DNA from: Planctomycetota bacterium
GTDB taxonomy: Bacteria > Planctomycetota > Brocadiia > JAADGH01
Length of the DNA stretch: 64,000 nucleotides
Assembly (NCBI GenBank): GCA_040755855.1
Contig: JBFMAD010000007.1
Location: 32,001 to 96,000, forward strand
Reading direction: 5' to 3'
The stretch's first letter is position 1, and each line of letters begins with the position of its first letter. Both the position numbers and the translations under genes were made by a program. Shown piece by piece: positions 9,306 to 18,825 of this stretch. Below the pieces are notes generated by a model that searched no databases, was not told where the DNA came from, and was given only the letters and a program-made list of their open reading frames with translations.

Positions 9306-10718
9306 TTATTTCGACCATTGCACCTTCAACGCATCGCAGCGCTTTCGCAGCTCCACAAGCGTCGCCTGATACTTCGGATCGCCTGCCAGGTTGGTTTCCT
9401 CCATCGGGTCGGCCTGCAGGTCGAACAGTTGCTCATACACGGGGTCCTCGGCGATGTAGCGGATGTATTTCCACCGCTCTGTGCGGACTCCTTCGCAACG
9501 CGGGATCGACTTGTTCTTCCACAGATGCTCGCAGAGGAAGTCCTTGCGCCACTCCGGCGTTTCGCCTTTCAGCAGCGGCCGGAGGTCCCGTCCCTCGACG
9601 CCGCCCGGCACGGGCACGCCCGCGAGGTCAAGGATCGTCGGCATGATGTCCACATTGAGGGCCATCTCCTTGATCCGCCGACCGCGCAGCGCCGCCGGGG
9701 CGCGGGGATCGGCGATGATGAGCGGCACGCGGATCGACTCCCCGTAGAGCAGCCACTTTCCCGCCAGGCCGTGCTCGCCAAGAAAAAACCCGTTGTCCGA
9801 TGAATAGATGACGACCGTGTTGTCGGCAAGGCCCTGCTTCTCCAGCTCCTCCAGCACACGTCCCACGACCACGTCCACGCCGTGCACCAACCGGAAGTAT
9901 CCTTTGACCATTTCCTGGTATTGCTCCGGCGTGGAGAAGCGATAGCCCCAGCGCGTCCGGCCCAACGATTCCTGGATGAACTTGGGCAGCGCATTGAAGT
10001 GCTCCGGCGTGGCCGTCTTAGCTGTGGGCATGACCATGTCCTTGAACAGGTCCTTGTAGGCGGGGTCGTAAAGGAACTGCCGTGGGTCTTTGTCCTGGAC
10101 ATGCGGGGCCTTGAAGCTGACGGACAGGCAGAAGGGCTGGCCCTTCGAGCATCCCTTGAGGAACTCGATGGCCTCCTCGCCGAGGATCTGCGTCAAGTGG
10201 CGCGTCTCCTGTCCGTTCGGGTTCTCGCTCTTCGGGAAGTACTGCCCGCCAGCGGGCCTGTAGAAGTCGAATGTCCCCTCCGGCCCGCCGTGCTTCTTCC
10301 AATCCACGACGACGCCGAATTTGCCGATGAAGCCGGTGCGGTAGCCGGCCTTTTTCAGAAGGATGGGATAGCTCTGCTCCCACGCGGGCCAGGAGATGAT
10401 CTTCTCCTTGCCGAATGTGAAATCATGCTTGCACTCGTACTGTCCCAGAAAGATGCTCGCCCGGCTGGCGGCGCAGATGGGGGTCGTGACAAAGGCATTC
10501 TCAAAAAGGCTTCCTTCTCTTGCCAGGCGATCCAGGTTCGGCGTTTTAAGGATGGGATGGCCGGCGCAGCTCATTGTGTCCCAGCGCTGGTCGTCGGTGA
10601 GTAAGAAGAGGATGTTCGGTTTCCTTGCGCGTTCCTCCTGGCCAACCGCAACCGATGCCCCTGCGGCAAGGCCCGCGCCCCCTATCCCGAGTCGTCTGAG
10701 GAATTCTCGTCGCTTCAC
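9306..10718 (-). CDS. Tat-exported Cys-type sulfatase
   Basis: RREFL twin-arginine signal; PNILFLLTDDQR; CAASRAS; GYRTGFIGK; SSDNG. Confidence 0.92.
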   Translation of the reverse strand: MKRREFLRRLGIGGAGLAAGASVAVGQEERARKPNILFLLTDDQRWDTMSCAGHPILKTPNLDRLAREGSLFENAFVTTPICAASRASIFLGQYECKHDFTFGKEKIISWPAWEQSYPILLKKAGYRTGFIGKFGVVVDWKKHGGPEGTFDFYRPAGGQYFPKSENPNGQETRHLTQILGEEAIEFLKGCSKGQPFCLSVSFKAPHVQDKDPRQFLYDPAYKDLFKDMVMPTAKTATPEHFNALPKFIQESLGRTRWGYRFSTPEQYQEMVKGYFRLVHGVDVVVGRVLEELEKQGLADNTVVIYSSDNGFFLGEHGLAGKWLLYGESIRVPLIIADPRAPAALRGRRIKEMALNVDIMPTILDLAGVPVPGGVEGRDLRPLLKGETPEWRKDFLCEHLWKNKSIPRCEGVRTERWKYIRYIAEDPVYEQLFDLQADPMEETNLAGDPKYQATLVELRKRCDALKVQWSK

Positions 10719-11809
10719 TTGTAGAACCCCGCCTTGTAGCCCTCGTCCATCATGGCCACGAAGTTCTCAACCGGGATATAGTTGGCGATGGAGTTCCCCG
10801 ACCCCAGCGCCCAGCCGCCGCCGGGGGCGCACCTCTCGATCAGGACGCGGGTGTGCGCGCGGACCTCGTCCACGGTCATGCGCGAAAGCTTGTCCATGTC
10901 GAATCCGCCGAGGACCGTGATCCGGTCGCCCCACTTCTCCTTCGCCTCCCAGACCGGCTCGATGACATCCTCAAAGGAATGGATGCCGTCCCACCCGCAG
11001 CCGATGATGTCCTCCATGATCTTCGAGCGGTTGCCGCAGGCGTGGAGGATGGCCAACTTGCCGTGCTTGTGCACGGCCTCGACGACCCGCTTGTGCCAGG
11101 GGAATAAATACTTCCGCAGCGTCTCGGGCGAAAGCATGCTTTGGGTCTTGAAGCCGATGTCATCGCCGAGGGCCAGGGCGCCGACGACGTCATGAGACGC
11201 CACCTTGCCAAATGCCTCGACCATCCGCGACCCGACCGCATCGAAGACATCCTGCACCAGTTGCGGATCGTCGTAGAGGAGGTAGCTGATCCCCTCGTAG
11301 CCGAGGAGCCACATGGCGTTTTCGAGGACGCCGCCCGGGCCGATGCAGATCACCTTCATGCCCTTCGGCAGATACTTCCCGACGCGCTCGAAGGGGGAGT
11401 AGTCCACCTTCGCCATGTCGGGCCAGGGGTATTTCTCGAACTCCTCGCGGTTGGCGATGTCGTGCGTGTCGGCCAGGACGTAGGACCGTTCGCCGCATGG
11501 GGTCATGCCCTTGCCGCGCTCGCCCTTCTTGGGGAAATCGAAGCCGTAGGGACGCACGACGATGTAGTCGTAGCCGAGGGCGAGCATGTATTCGATGTGC
11601 TGCCGCCAGGCCTTCGCCTCCTTCTCCTTCGGACTGAGTCCACCGTCGGGGGACTGATCCAGCTTGCCGAGGAGCTTGAGCACCGGGCCTTGAAGCTGGG
11701 TGAAAAGCTCCAGGAAGGGCACGCGGTCGGGCACGCCCTCGCGCCGGAGGACCATCTCTAAGCGGCGGAAGTCGGGGTCGGGCTGAATGGATAACGTGCT
11801 GGCGGCCAT
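10715..11809 (-). CDS. Uroporphyrinogen decarboxylase (URO-D/MtaA-CmuA-like) family protein
   Basis: PDRVPFLE, GDDIGFK...SPE, LHACGN, LGGFD, GGWALGSGNSI motifs; GGAGG RBS before ATG 11809. Confidence 0.85.
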   Translation of the reverse strand: MAASTLSIQPDPDFRRLEMVLRREGVPDRVPFLELFTQLQGPVLKLLGKLDQSPDGGLSPKEKEAKAWRQHIEYMLALGYDYIVVRPYGFDFPKKGERGKGMTPCGERSYVLADTHDIANREEFEKYPWPDMAKVDYSPFERVGKYLPKGMKVICIGPGGVLENAMWLLGYEGISYLLYDDPQLVQDVFDAVGSRMVEAFGKVASHDVVGALALGDDIGFKTQSMLSPETLRKYLFPWHKRVVEAVHKHGKLAILHACGNRSKIMEDIIGCGWDGIHSFEDVIEPVWEAKEKWGDRITVLGGFDMDKLSRMTVDEVRAHTRVLIERCAPGGGWALGSGNSIANYIPVENFVAMMDEGYKAGFYK

Positions 11810-11858
11810 AAACACCTCCATCCTTCTCAGTAGCATAAGGCGATCATCGTTGACGCCG

Positions 11859-11887
11859 ATTATACCGGCCCAATCCCAACACATCAA
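11859..11887 (-). promoter_or_regulatory. Putative sigma70 promoter for the minus-strand URO-D/sulfatase cluster
   Basis: TTGATG-17 nt-TATAAT on the minus strand. Confidence 0.55.
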
Positions 11888-11901
11888 TCGGGAAAAGGCG
11901 C

Positions 11902-11930
11902 TTGACAATTGTCATCAATTCCGGTACTCA
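11902..11930 (+). promoter_or_regulatory. Putative sigma70 promoter with overlapping perfect palindrome TGACAATTGTCA
   Basis: TTGACA-17 nt-TACTCA; palindrome at 11903-11914. Confidence 0.5.
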
Positions 11931-11970
11931 ATAGGGGCAAAGGGGGGGCTTTGGGCGTTTTGCCGGCCGG

Positions 11971-13572
11971 ATGATGTACCTGTCTGATGGAGTTCGATTT
12001 TTGCCGTCCCACCAAGGTATCTGTTCCACCGCACCGCAATCAAAGGATGAAGCAACGAGGCCATTTCTCAGCCGCCGTCTCGGGCGATTGGCGTCTTTCG
12101 CGATTGCAGCCCTGTTGCTGGCATATGCGTTTGCCTTCCAGGGAGTGCGGGGGGTTTGGGACCCGGATGAAGGGCGGTACTGCGCCGCAGCTCTGGAGAT
12201 GATCCGGACCGGCGACTACATCCATATTCAACTGCCTACAGGACATCCCCACTACACCAAGCCGCCGTGCACCTATTGGCTTCTTGCTGCAAGCATGAAA
12301 TACCTTGGGGCGAATGAGTTCGCCGCGCGGTTGCCAAACTCGCTTGTTTTCTGGGGAACATGCCTGCTCCTTTGGGGCCTGGGACGGCGATTCACGCCTA
12401 CCCAGGAGTGGCTGCCGGCTATTGTCTATGCAAGCTCCGTGCTCACGGTAGTGGCCGCTCATATTATTACTACGGATACTATCCTTGCGTTCTTTGAAGT
12501 GTTGGCCGTGTTCGCCTTCCTCTCCTGCCGGACTGCGAAGGGCCGACTGCAACAGCATCTATTCGTCTGGCTCATGTGGGCGGCGTTCGGCGCGGCCTTT
12601 CTCACCAAAGGCCCTCCGGGGTTGCTGCCGCTACTGCCGATCCTGGTTTTCTCCTGTATCGCCGACGGCCTCAAGAGGACCTTGCTGCGGGTCGCCCATC
12701 CCGGCATCTTGGCTTTTCTCGTCATCGGGTTCGGGTGGTTCATCGTTATCATCCGCTCCGATCCTTTCCTCCTTAATTACTTTATTCAGCGCGAGGTGGT
12801 GGCGCGGGTCGCATCGGGCGTGCACAACAGGAATCCGGAATGGTACGCCGGTTTTATCATTTACGCGCCGACCCTCCTCGTCGGTTGCTTGCCTTGGGTG
12901 AAGCCCTTCCTCACCGGGTTGGCAAGGGCGCCCCGATTCTGCCGGTGGGATCGTTGGCGGGAGATTTCTCGGACAGACCCCATCGGCCTGTTTCTAATCC
13001 TCTGGTTCCTGCTGCCAATGGCGGTTCTCTTCTTCTCGCGCTCTCGCATGTTCTTGTATGTGGTGCCGTTCTACGCACCTGTCGCGCTGCTCATGGCTAA
13101 GGCGATGGAACAACGCTCGCACACGTGGGGCCGCCGCATCGGCCTCCTAATTGTCATTTGGTGTTGTTTCGTCTCCACGTGGCGCATCGCGTCGGCCCGA
13201 GTGTTAGACGATAAGAACACCCGATACTTCGCGCAAACGATACAGGAACGGGTAAACTTTCCATTCCATGAAATTGTGTTTGTGGACACGCAACCGCGCT
13301 ATGCCCTGAACTTCTACCTCCACACCGAGATAGAGCGCGTGTCGCTTAGGGAGGTTTACCCATCCAAGCGGGAAGGAGGCTATGAATCGCTCCTCGCCGA
13401 GCTGCAGGAACCTGACGGCGCCGACATGTCCATTTACATCCTCAAGGAGGAACATTCCACCGAGTTCGAGCGCGCAGCCGTCAAGTATGGCTATTCGCCG
13501 ATCCTGCTCGGACAATGGGACGAATTCCGAGTCTATTCCCTCCGCCCGACCGGCGGGGCTGCCCCTTTATAG
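11971..13572 (+). CDS. ArnT/PMT-like membrane glycosyltransferase (GT39/GT83)
   Basis: DPDEGRY...EM..GD, KPP.TYW, EFAARLP, LTKGP motifs; many transmembrane helices; start uncertain. Confidence 0.85.
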   Translation: MMYLSDGVRFLPSHQGICSTAPQSKDEATRPFLSRRLGRLASFAIAALLLAYAFAFQGVRGVWDPDEGRYCAAALEMIRTGDYIHIQLPTGHPHYTKPPCTYWLLAASMKYLGANEFAARLPNSLVFWGTCLLLWGLGRRFTPTQEWLPAIVYASSVLTVVAAHIITTDTILAFFEVLAVFAFLSCRTAKGRLQQHLFVWLMWAAFGAAFLTKGPPGLLPLLPILVFSCIADGLKRTLLRVAHPGILAFLVIGFGWFIVIIRSDPFLLNYFIQREVVARVASGVHNRNPEWYAGFIIYAPTLLVGCLPWVKPFLTGLARAPRFCRWDRWREISRTDPIGLFLILWFLLPMAVLFFSRSRMFLYVVPFYAPVALLMAKAMEQRSHTWGRRIGLLIVIWCCFVSTWRIASARVLDDKNTRYFAQTIQERVNFPFHEIVFVDTQPRYALNFYLHTEIERVSLREVYPSKREGGYESLLAELQEPDGADMSIYILKEEHSTEFERAAVKYGYSPILLGQWDEFRVYSLRPTGGAAPL

Positions 13573-13589
13573 TCCTCCGGCAATGTCAA

Positions 13590-14705
13590 TCACGAGCGCG
13601 GGCGGTAGAACACCTCGCTCACCGATCGGTTGTAATGTATGCGGTTGATAGTCCGGGCCAAGGTATCCGACAGGCATTTGACCGTGACGAAGTCCAGCGA
13701 CTTGAACTCCTCCGTCTGCGGGATGCTGTTGGTGACGACCACCTTCTGAAGGTAGTAATCCGAACGCAACTCCGCCAGCCGCGCCCGGGCCTTGCCGACG
13801 CACAGGTTGTGAGACACGCCGAGGTAAACCTCCTCGATCCCCTTCTCGTCCACCAGTTTCTCGACGAGGGCGCAGGTCGTGCCGCCACCGCTGATCATGT
13901 CGTCGAGAACGACGGCCACACGTTTGCCGGCGAAGTCGCCGATGATCTCAGAGATAACCACCTCCTCGGGCCGCGGGCGGTACTTCGACGCGATGGCGCA
14001 CTTCAGGTCCAGCGCGCGGCCGAAGTGCGTGACGAACTTCGACGCCCCGGCATCGGGGGCAACGGCGATCACATCCTCTCGATTGCGAAACGCGCCGAAT
14101 TCCTCGATGAACAAGGTCAACGACTCGAGAGTGTTAACAGGCATGCTGCCGTAGAAGCCGCGAATCTGGTCGCAGTGCGGGTCCCAGACGATGAGGCGGG
14201 TTATCCCCGCTTCGATCGCCATGTCGGCCATCAGCTTGGCCGTGGTCGCTTCGCGGGTGAACTTGGTCGGTTTGTCCTGGCGCGCATAGGCGAGATAGGG
14301 CAACACCCCTGTCACGAAGCGTGCGCCATGCTCGCGAAAGGCGCGAGCGGCGATGAGGAAGGCCATGTAGTTCTGGTCAATGCTCAGTTCCGACGTCGGA
14401 TCGAACAACGCCTGAATGAGGAACACATCGTAGCCGCCGACATGCATATCCAGCCGAACGCAGGTCTCCCCGTCGGTGAAACGACGGTCAATGTTAGCGA
14501 GATGCAGAACCTTGTCCCGGCTGCCCGCCTCGGCCAGGAGTTCGTTGTAGCGCGTCACCACGCTTTCGGAAAGATACGATCCGGAGCAGCACCCAGCGAT
14601 GAGCAGCGTCCCCCGCGGCGAGTCCATGCGCTCCGACTGCTCCCGGGCAAATCGCTCCGGCGTGAAAAAAGCCTTCTTGCCCGCGTCCGATTCCTCCGAC
14701 CTCAT
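13590..14705 (-). CDS. prs: Ribose-phosphate pyrophosphokinase (PRPP synthetase)
   Basis: FTDGE, PYLAYARQDK, DPH..QI.GF, VAPDAGA, LDDMISGGGT, VVTNSIP; AGAGGAGG RBS before ATG 14705. Confidence 0.92.
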   Translation of the reverse strand: MRSEESDAGKKAFFTPERFAREQSERMDSPRGTLLIAGCCSGSYLSESVVTRYNELLAEAGSRDKVLHLANIDRRFTDGETCVRLDMHVGGYDVFLIQALFDPTSELSIDQNYMAFLIAARAFREHGARFVTGVLPYLAYARQDKPTKFTREATTAKLMADMAIEAGITRLIVWDPHCDQIRGFYGSMPVNTLESLTLFIEEFGAFRNREDVIAVAPDAGASKFVTHFGRALDLKCAIASKYRPRPEEVVISEIIGDFAGKRVAVVLDDMISGGGTTCALVEKLVDEKGIEEVYLGVSHNLCVGKARARLAELRSDYYLQKVVVTNSIPQTEEFKSLDFVTVKCLSDTLARTINRIHYNRSVSEVFYRPRS

Positions 14706-14735
14706 CGCACTTCCTCCTCTCTGAAACCACACCAA

Positions 14736-14770
14736 TAAAAAAGCCCAAGAGCAAATTCGCCCTTGGGCCT
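14736..14770 (-). terminator. Attenuator terminator upstream of prs
   Basis: Minus strand AGGCCCAAGGGC-gaattt-GCTCTTGGGCTT-TTTTA. Confidence 0.85.
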
Positions 14771-14801
14771 GGTCATCGCGTCGAGTGTTCGGGAATCCGG
14801 T

Positions 14802-14900
14802 TTATCCGATCCCCGAGCTGGGCGCAGACCAAGCCCGCCGCATCGAATGGTGATGATGCAGATTCGCCTGGCCTGTCCGTGGTTCCCAACTCAACGTCAT
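14802..14900 (-). CDS. Histidine attenuator leader peptide (32 aa, MTLSWEPRTGQANLHHHHSMRRAWSAPSSGIG)
   Basis: GGGAG RBS; four tandem His codons CAT CAT CAC CAT (14847-14858); lies between promoter and terminator; not in the ORF track. Confidence 0.75.
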   Translation of the reverse strand: MTLSWEPRTGQANLHHHHSMRRAWSAPSSGIG

Positions 14901-14924
14901 CGAATATCTCCCGTGAACGGATGA

Positions 14925-14953
14925 TATATACCATACCGCCATCCCAAAGTCAA
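14925..14953 (-). promoter_or_regulatory. sigma70 promoter of the His-leader/prs transcript
   Basis: TTGACT-17 nt-TATATA on the minus strand. Confidence 0.7.
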
Positions 14954-14966
14954 GGCCCTGTCCCCC

Positions 14967-16307
14967 CTATTCCCCTTTTGCATACACACGGACGTATTCC
15001 TTATCTGCGGCCTGGCGTTCCATGAAGGCCACGAGTTCTCCGCGCAGAGATTCCACGATGTCGGCATTGCCGCCAACAATGTTTCTCTCCTGTCCCGGAT
15101 CTTTTTCACGATCATAAAGCTCCGGCGTGTGCGGCTTCCGCCCGAAGATCGCCGTGTGTGTCTTCGTCGTCACCGTAATATGCGACGGCAGATAGTCTAT
15201 CCGGCCGGGTCCCGACCCGCTGTGGCAGCTCGTGAAAACCGCGTCGTGGCATTCTTTCGTCCGGCCCTTGAGAAGCGGGACCCACGAACTACCCACCGTG
15301 TCAGGGGGCTTGACCCCGCACACGTCAAGAACGGTCGGCATAATGTCCGCAGCCTGGCAGAGGGCGTTGATCTCCTTCGGCGCATCGAAGGGCGTCCAGA
15401 CCAGAAGCGGCACGCGCGCCACCGTGTCATACAGCGGCCAGGGGTCCTCCGGATCAACGGTGTGCTTCCCGGCCCGCTTGTGCTCGCCAATGTACATGCC
15501 GTGGTCCGATGTGAGGATGATCGTCGTATTTGCGAAAAGCCCCAGCAACTCGATGTGCCGGAGCAGGTGGCCCACCCACCGGTCAGTGAGCGTCACCTCG
15601 CCGGCGTAGCGGGCGCGCAGACGCGCCAGCTCGTGGGGCTGGTAGATGTCGGTGTAGCCATAGTTGGGGTAGGAGTAATCCAGGCCCTTGTAGTTCTTGC
15701 TGTAGAGGCCAATGTAGTGCTTCGGCGGGTTCCAGTCCTCATGGATTTCGAAGGTGTCCACCCACAGAAAGAATTTTTCTTTCGTGAAATTGTCCTCCAG
15801 CCACTCGCAGGCCCGCATCATCGTCCGGGCGACAAACCAGTCGTGCTCGTGGCGGTAGTGCGAGGTCCGCACCCGGTCGCCGATGAAGCCTCGCCCACCC
15901 TGACGCATGTTCGACAGGGGGACGGGTATGTCCACGTCATCGCGCGTGAACCCGTCCTGCACGTTTTTCTCGATGAGGAAATACTCGTCGTAGTATTCAC
16001 CCAGCCCAGCCTTGACATTGTTCTGCGTGTCGAGCACCAGCCCCGTGAAATACCCCGCCTCCCGCAGCAGCGACGGCAACTTGGGCTGGCCCTCGTCAAT
16101 GCCCACCCACCCTATGCGCGGCCAGTTCACATCCCCCGTGTAGGCGTCAACCCGCATGGGGACCGTGGGAAATGAGCCGCAAAACGCAGCGTTGAACTTC
16201 GTCGCGGTCCTCGCGTAATGGTCTATGCACGGCGTCTGCACCCAGTTGTCGTAGCACCCAAGCGCGTCCCAACGGAGCGTATCCAGACAGACGACAATGG
16301 CGTTCAT
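14967..16307 (-). CDS. Sulfatase-like alkaline-phosphatase-superfamily hydrolase (Thr at nucleophile position), cytoplasmic
   Basis: DTLRWD...TP.ID; TVPMRVDAYTG; TSDHG; VPLLV; no signal peptide. Confidence 0.85.
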   Translation of the reverse strand: MNAIVVCLDTLRWDALGCYDNWVQTPCIDHYARTATKFNAAFCGSFPTVPMRVDAYTGDVNWPRIGWVGIDEGQPKLPSLLREAGYFTGLVLDTQNNVKAGLGEYYDEYFLIEKNVQDGFTRDDVDIPVPLSNMRQGGRGFIGDRVRTSHYRHEHDWFVARTMMRACEWLEDNFTKEKFFLWVDTFEIHEDWNPPKHYIGLYSKNYKGLDYSYPNYGYTDIYQPHELARLRARYAGEVTLTDRWVGHLLRHIELLGLFANTTIILTSDHGMYIGEHKRAGKHTVDPEDPWPLYDTVARVPLLVWTPFDAPKEINALCQAADIMPTVLDVCGVKPPDTVGSSWVPLLKGRTKECHDAVFTSCHSGSGPGRIDYLPSHITVTTKTHTAIFGRKPHTPELYDREKDPGQERNIVGGNADIVESLRGELVAFMERQAADKEYVRVYAKGE

Positions 16308-16309
16308 AC

Positions 16310-17344
16310 TTACTCCCTCACCACACGAACCGGCGTCTGGCCCTTGCGCGACGACTCGATGGCGCCAAAGACCATGGCCAGGCTCTTGATGTTGTCATGA
16401 CACTCGCACTGCGGCGCCGCCCCTGCCCCTGGATCGAGGCAGTCGAGGAACTCGTTCAGCGACCCGCCGATCCCCGCGCCGTTGATCTCCGCGCCGGGGA
16501 TCGGGACGTCCTCGATGTCGCGGTGGAATTTCTTCTGGCCCATATCCACCACCCGCTGCCCGCGGGGCATCTGGTCCTTCTCCATGAGGATCGTCCCCCG
16601 CTCGCCGACGATCCGCCAATCGCCGTTCCAGGACGTATGGCACCCCTCGGCGCACCACGAACCGCGGTAGGTGAACACAATCCCATTGGTCATCTCGAAG
16701 ATCACCGTCGCCGCCGGGTCGCCCTTGTACCACGACCCATTTGGGTTGAACTCATGGGCATAGACTGCGAAGGCGTCCGCGCTGGTGAGGAACCGGCACA
16801 GGTCGAAGTGGTGGATCGCCATGTCCAGGATCAACGGCGACTCCATCTCGTCGCGGAAGCCGCCGAAGTGCGCGCCGATGTAGAAGTCGCAGTTGACTGT
16901 CGTGATCGTCCCGATGGCCTCGGTTTCGAGCGCCTTCCGACACGCCACATGCTTCACGTCGTAGCGTCGGCTCTGGCTGACCATGTAGAGCTTGCCGCTC
17001 TCCTCCGACGCCCTCACCATCCGCCGCGCCGAGTCCATGCTCTCAGCCATGGGCTTCTCGCCGATAACCGGCACACCCATCCCCAGGGCCGTCACCGTCA
17101 CGGAGCAATGCGCCTCGGGCACGGTCACATCAACCACGAAGTCCGGCCGGCACTTGGGGATGGCCTGCTCCAGGTCGTTGAACGCCCGGCCTTCATCGAG
17201 GCCGAACTCCTTCGCCGCGGCCTGCGCCGCCTCCAGGCGGATGTCCACCAGGCCGACCAGCTCGGCCCGTGGGTTGGACCGGACGTTCTTGATCCAACCC
17301 TTACCCATCCCTCCACACCCGACAATCAGCGCCTTGTACGCCAT
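16310..17344 (-). CDS. Gfo/Idh/MocA family oxidoreductase
   Basis: GCGGMG, EKPM, DMAIHHFDL motifs. Confidence 0.92.
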   Translation of the reverse strand: MAYKALIVGCGGMGKGWIKNVRSNPRAELVGLVDIRLEAAQAAAKEFGLDEGRAFNDLEQAIPKCRPDFVVDVTVPEAHCSVTVTALGMGVPVIGEKPMAESMDSARRMVRASEESGKLYMVSQSRRYDVKHVACRKALETEAIGTITTVNCDFYIGAHFGGFRDEMESPLILDMAIHHFDLCRFLTSADAFAVYAHEFNPNGSWYKGDPAATVIFEMTNGIVFTYRGSWCAEGCHTSWNGDWRIVGERGTILMEKDQMPRGQRVVDMGQKKFHRDIEDVPIPGAEINGAGIGGSLNEFLDCLDPGAGAAPQCECHDNIKSLAMVFGAIESSRKGQTPVRVVRE

Positions 17345-17523
17345 CTTTCACTCCATGGGGGAAACCAATGAAATACACAAGGAAGCCCATAACGTACCGC
17401 GACCTGCCGCAGAAAGCAAGAAAAAACGAAACAGGGTCGCAATCGCGCCGCATGTCTTGACTTCGCACGGAAAATCCCGACAATAGGCGCCGTCTGCGGT
17501 GGATCAATCTTTGCGGAGATGCG

Positions 17524-18807
17524 ATGGACCTCGGTAGCGTTGTCGCTCAGTTGAACATTCCAGAAAGCGCGGCTATCCTGACCCCCGACTGGGAGCGCAG
17601 CCAGGTAGCCATGCCGAAGGAGGGCATCCCCTTCCTGTCCGGCGATTTTCTTCGGAAAACCTGTCGGCAGGTGTATCTGCCACAGAACATGACCGAGGCC
17701 GTCGTCGAGGCGGCGGAAAGGATCGCGCGGGAGCCGGCGCTTTCGGCCCTCGCCTGGCACGGCCACTACCGCCTCACCCACGAGGGCGACCAGCGCGTCA
17801 ACATGCGCGACTGGCCCGTCCTCGCCTCCGCCCTCGACCGCGACGCGGGGATGTTCTACGTCGTCGTGCTCCTCTCCATCACTCCGCGCATGAGCGAAGT
17901 CCATCGCCGCAGAAAAATCCCGGAACCAATCATCCGCGACACCGTCCGCGACCTCGACCTCTGCATGAACAAGGAGGACTTTCGAGAGGACTTCGGCCAC
18001 TGGGGTATCAGCCCGCGCATTTTCGGCTGGCTACTGAACCACTGGCGCGGTGAGCTTTATCGCCTGGGCCGTCTTCAATTCATCCCCGACACCTGGCGCG
18101 ACCGGCTGCACGCCTTCCGCCATCGCAGCGATGGGGCGGTCATCCTCCTGGCCGGGGAGGGGATCACCTTTCGCGCCGACGGGCAGATCAACGGCGCAGG
18201 GGGCGTCAAGGACGAGGCGGGCGCATGGACGAGCCGCCTAACCATCAGCGATAAGGAGATTGTCGGCCATCCGATCCATCCGAAGGCATTCGCAACTACG
18301 AAAGAAGTGCGCCTGCACCCCGACGAATGGCGGCAGGAGTTGGCCCCCGGCGACCCGGCGCTCGCCATCCACATCCCCGCCGGCGCGCCGATGGACTACG
18401 AGGCGTGCGGCGACTCGATCCGGCAGGCCCTCGACTTCTTCCCGCGGCACTTTCCCGACAAGCCCTTCGCCGCGCTCATGTGCCACTCCTGGATCCTCGA
18501 CGCGCAGTTCGAGGACCTCCTGCCGCCCGCGTCCAACCTCGTCCGCTTCCAGCAGGAGATGTATCTCTTCCCCATCCAGGGCGGCACGGAGGGGACAGTC
18601 CGGACCGTCTTCGGACGGCATGTGACGGACATCAAAGACGCGCCGCGGCGGACGACCATGCAGCGCGCCTTCGCACGGCACATCGAGAGCGGCGGCCACT
18701 TCCGCGCCGGCGGGTGTTTCCTGCTCCCACAGGATTTCGACTGGGGCGCTCAGGTCTATCGGCAAAACTGGGACCGCGTCCGGTCGCTGACCGGCTGTGC
18801 GATCTGA
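17524..18807 (+). CDS. Acyltransferase/GNAT-like domain protein (DUF5596-like)
   Basis: YRLGRLQF, IHIPAG..., FF..HFP, CHSWILD...SNL..FQ, T.MQRA motifs. Confidence 0.7.
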   Translation: MDLGSVVAQLNIPESAAILTPDWERSQVAMPKEGIPFLSGDFLRKTCRQVYLPQNMTEAVVEAAERIAREPALSALAWHGHYRLTHEGDQRVNMRDWPVLASALDRDAGMFYVVVLLSITPRMSEVHRRRKIPEPIIRDTVRDLDLCMNKEDFREDFGHWGISPRIFGWLLNHWRGELYRLGRLQFIPDTWRDRLHAFRHRSDGAVILLAGEGITFRADGQINGAGGVKDEAGAWTSRLTISDKEIVGHPIHPKAFATTKEVRLHPDEWRQELAPGDPALAIHIPAGAPMDYEACGDSIRQALDFFPRHFPDKPFAALMCHSWILDAQFEDLLPPASNLVRFQQEMYLFPIQGGTEGTVRTVFGRHVTDIKDAPRRTTMQRAFARHIESGGHFRAGGCFLLPQDFDWGAQVYRQNWDRVRSLTGCAI

Positions 18808-18825
18808 TCCCGCGTCTGCGTGGGA

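Noticed and set aside
14870..14900. ZMP/ZTP (pfl) or PRPP-sensing ykkC riboswitch upstream of prs (GGGAACCACGG resembles pfl P2)
   Set aside because: Lacks the GACUGGCG and CGCCUGGGC elements and the ykkC core; the His-leader model explains the region better.
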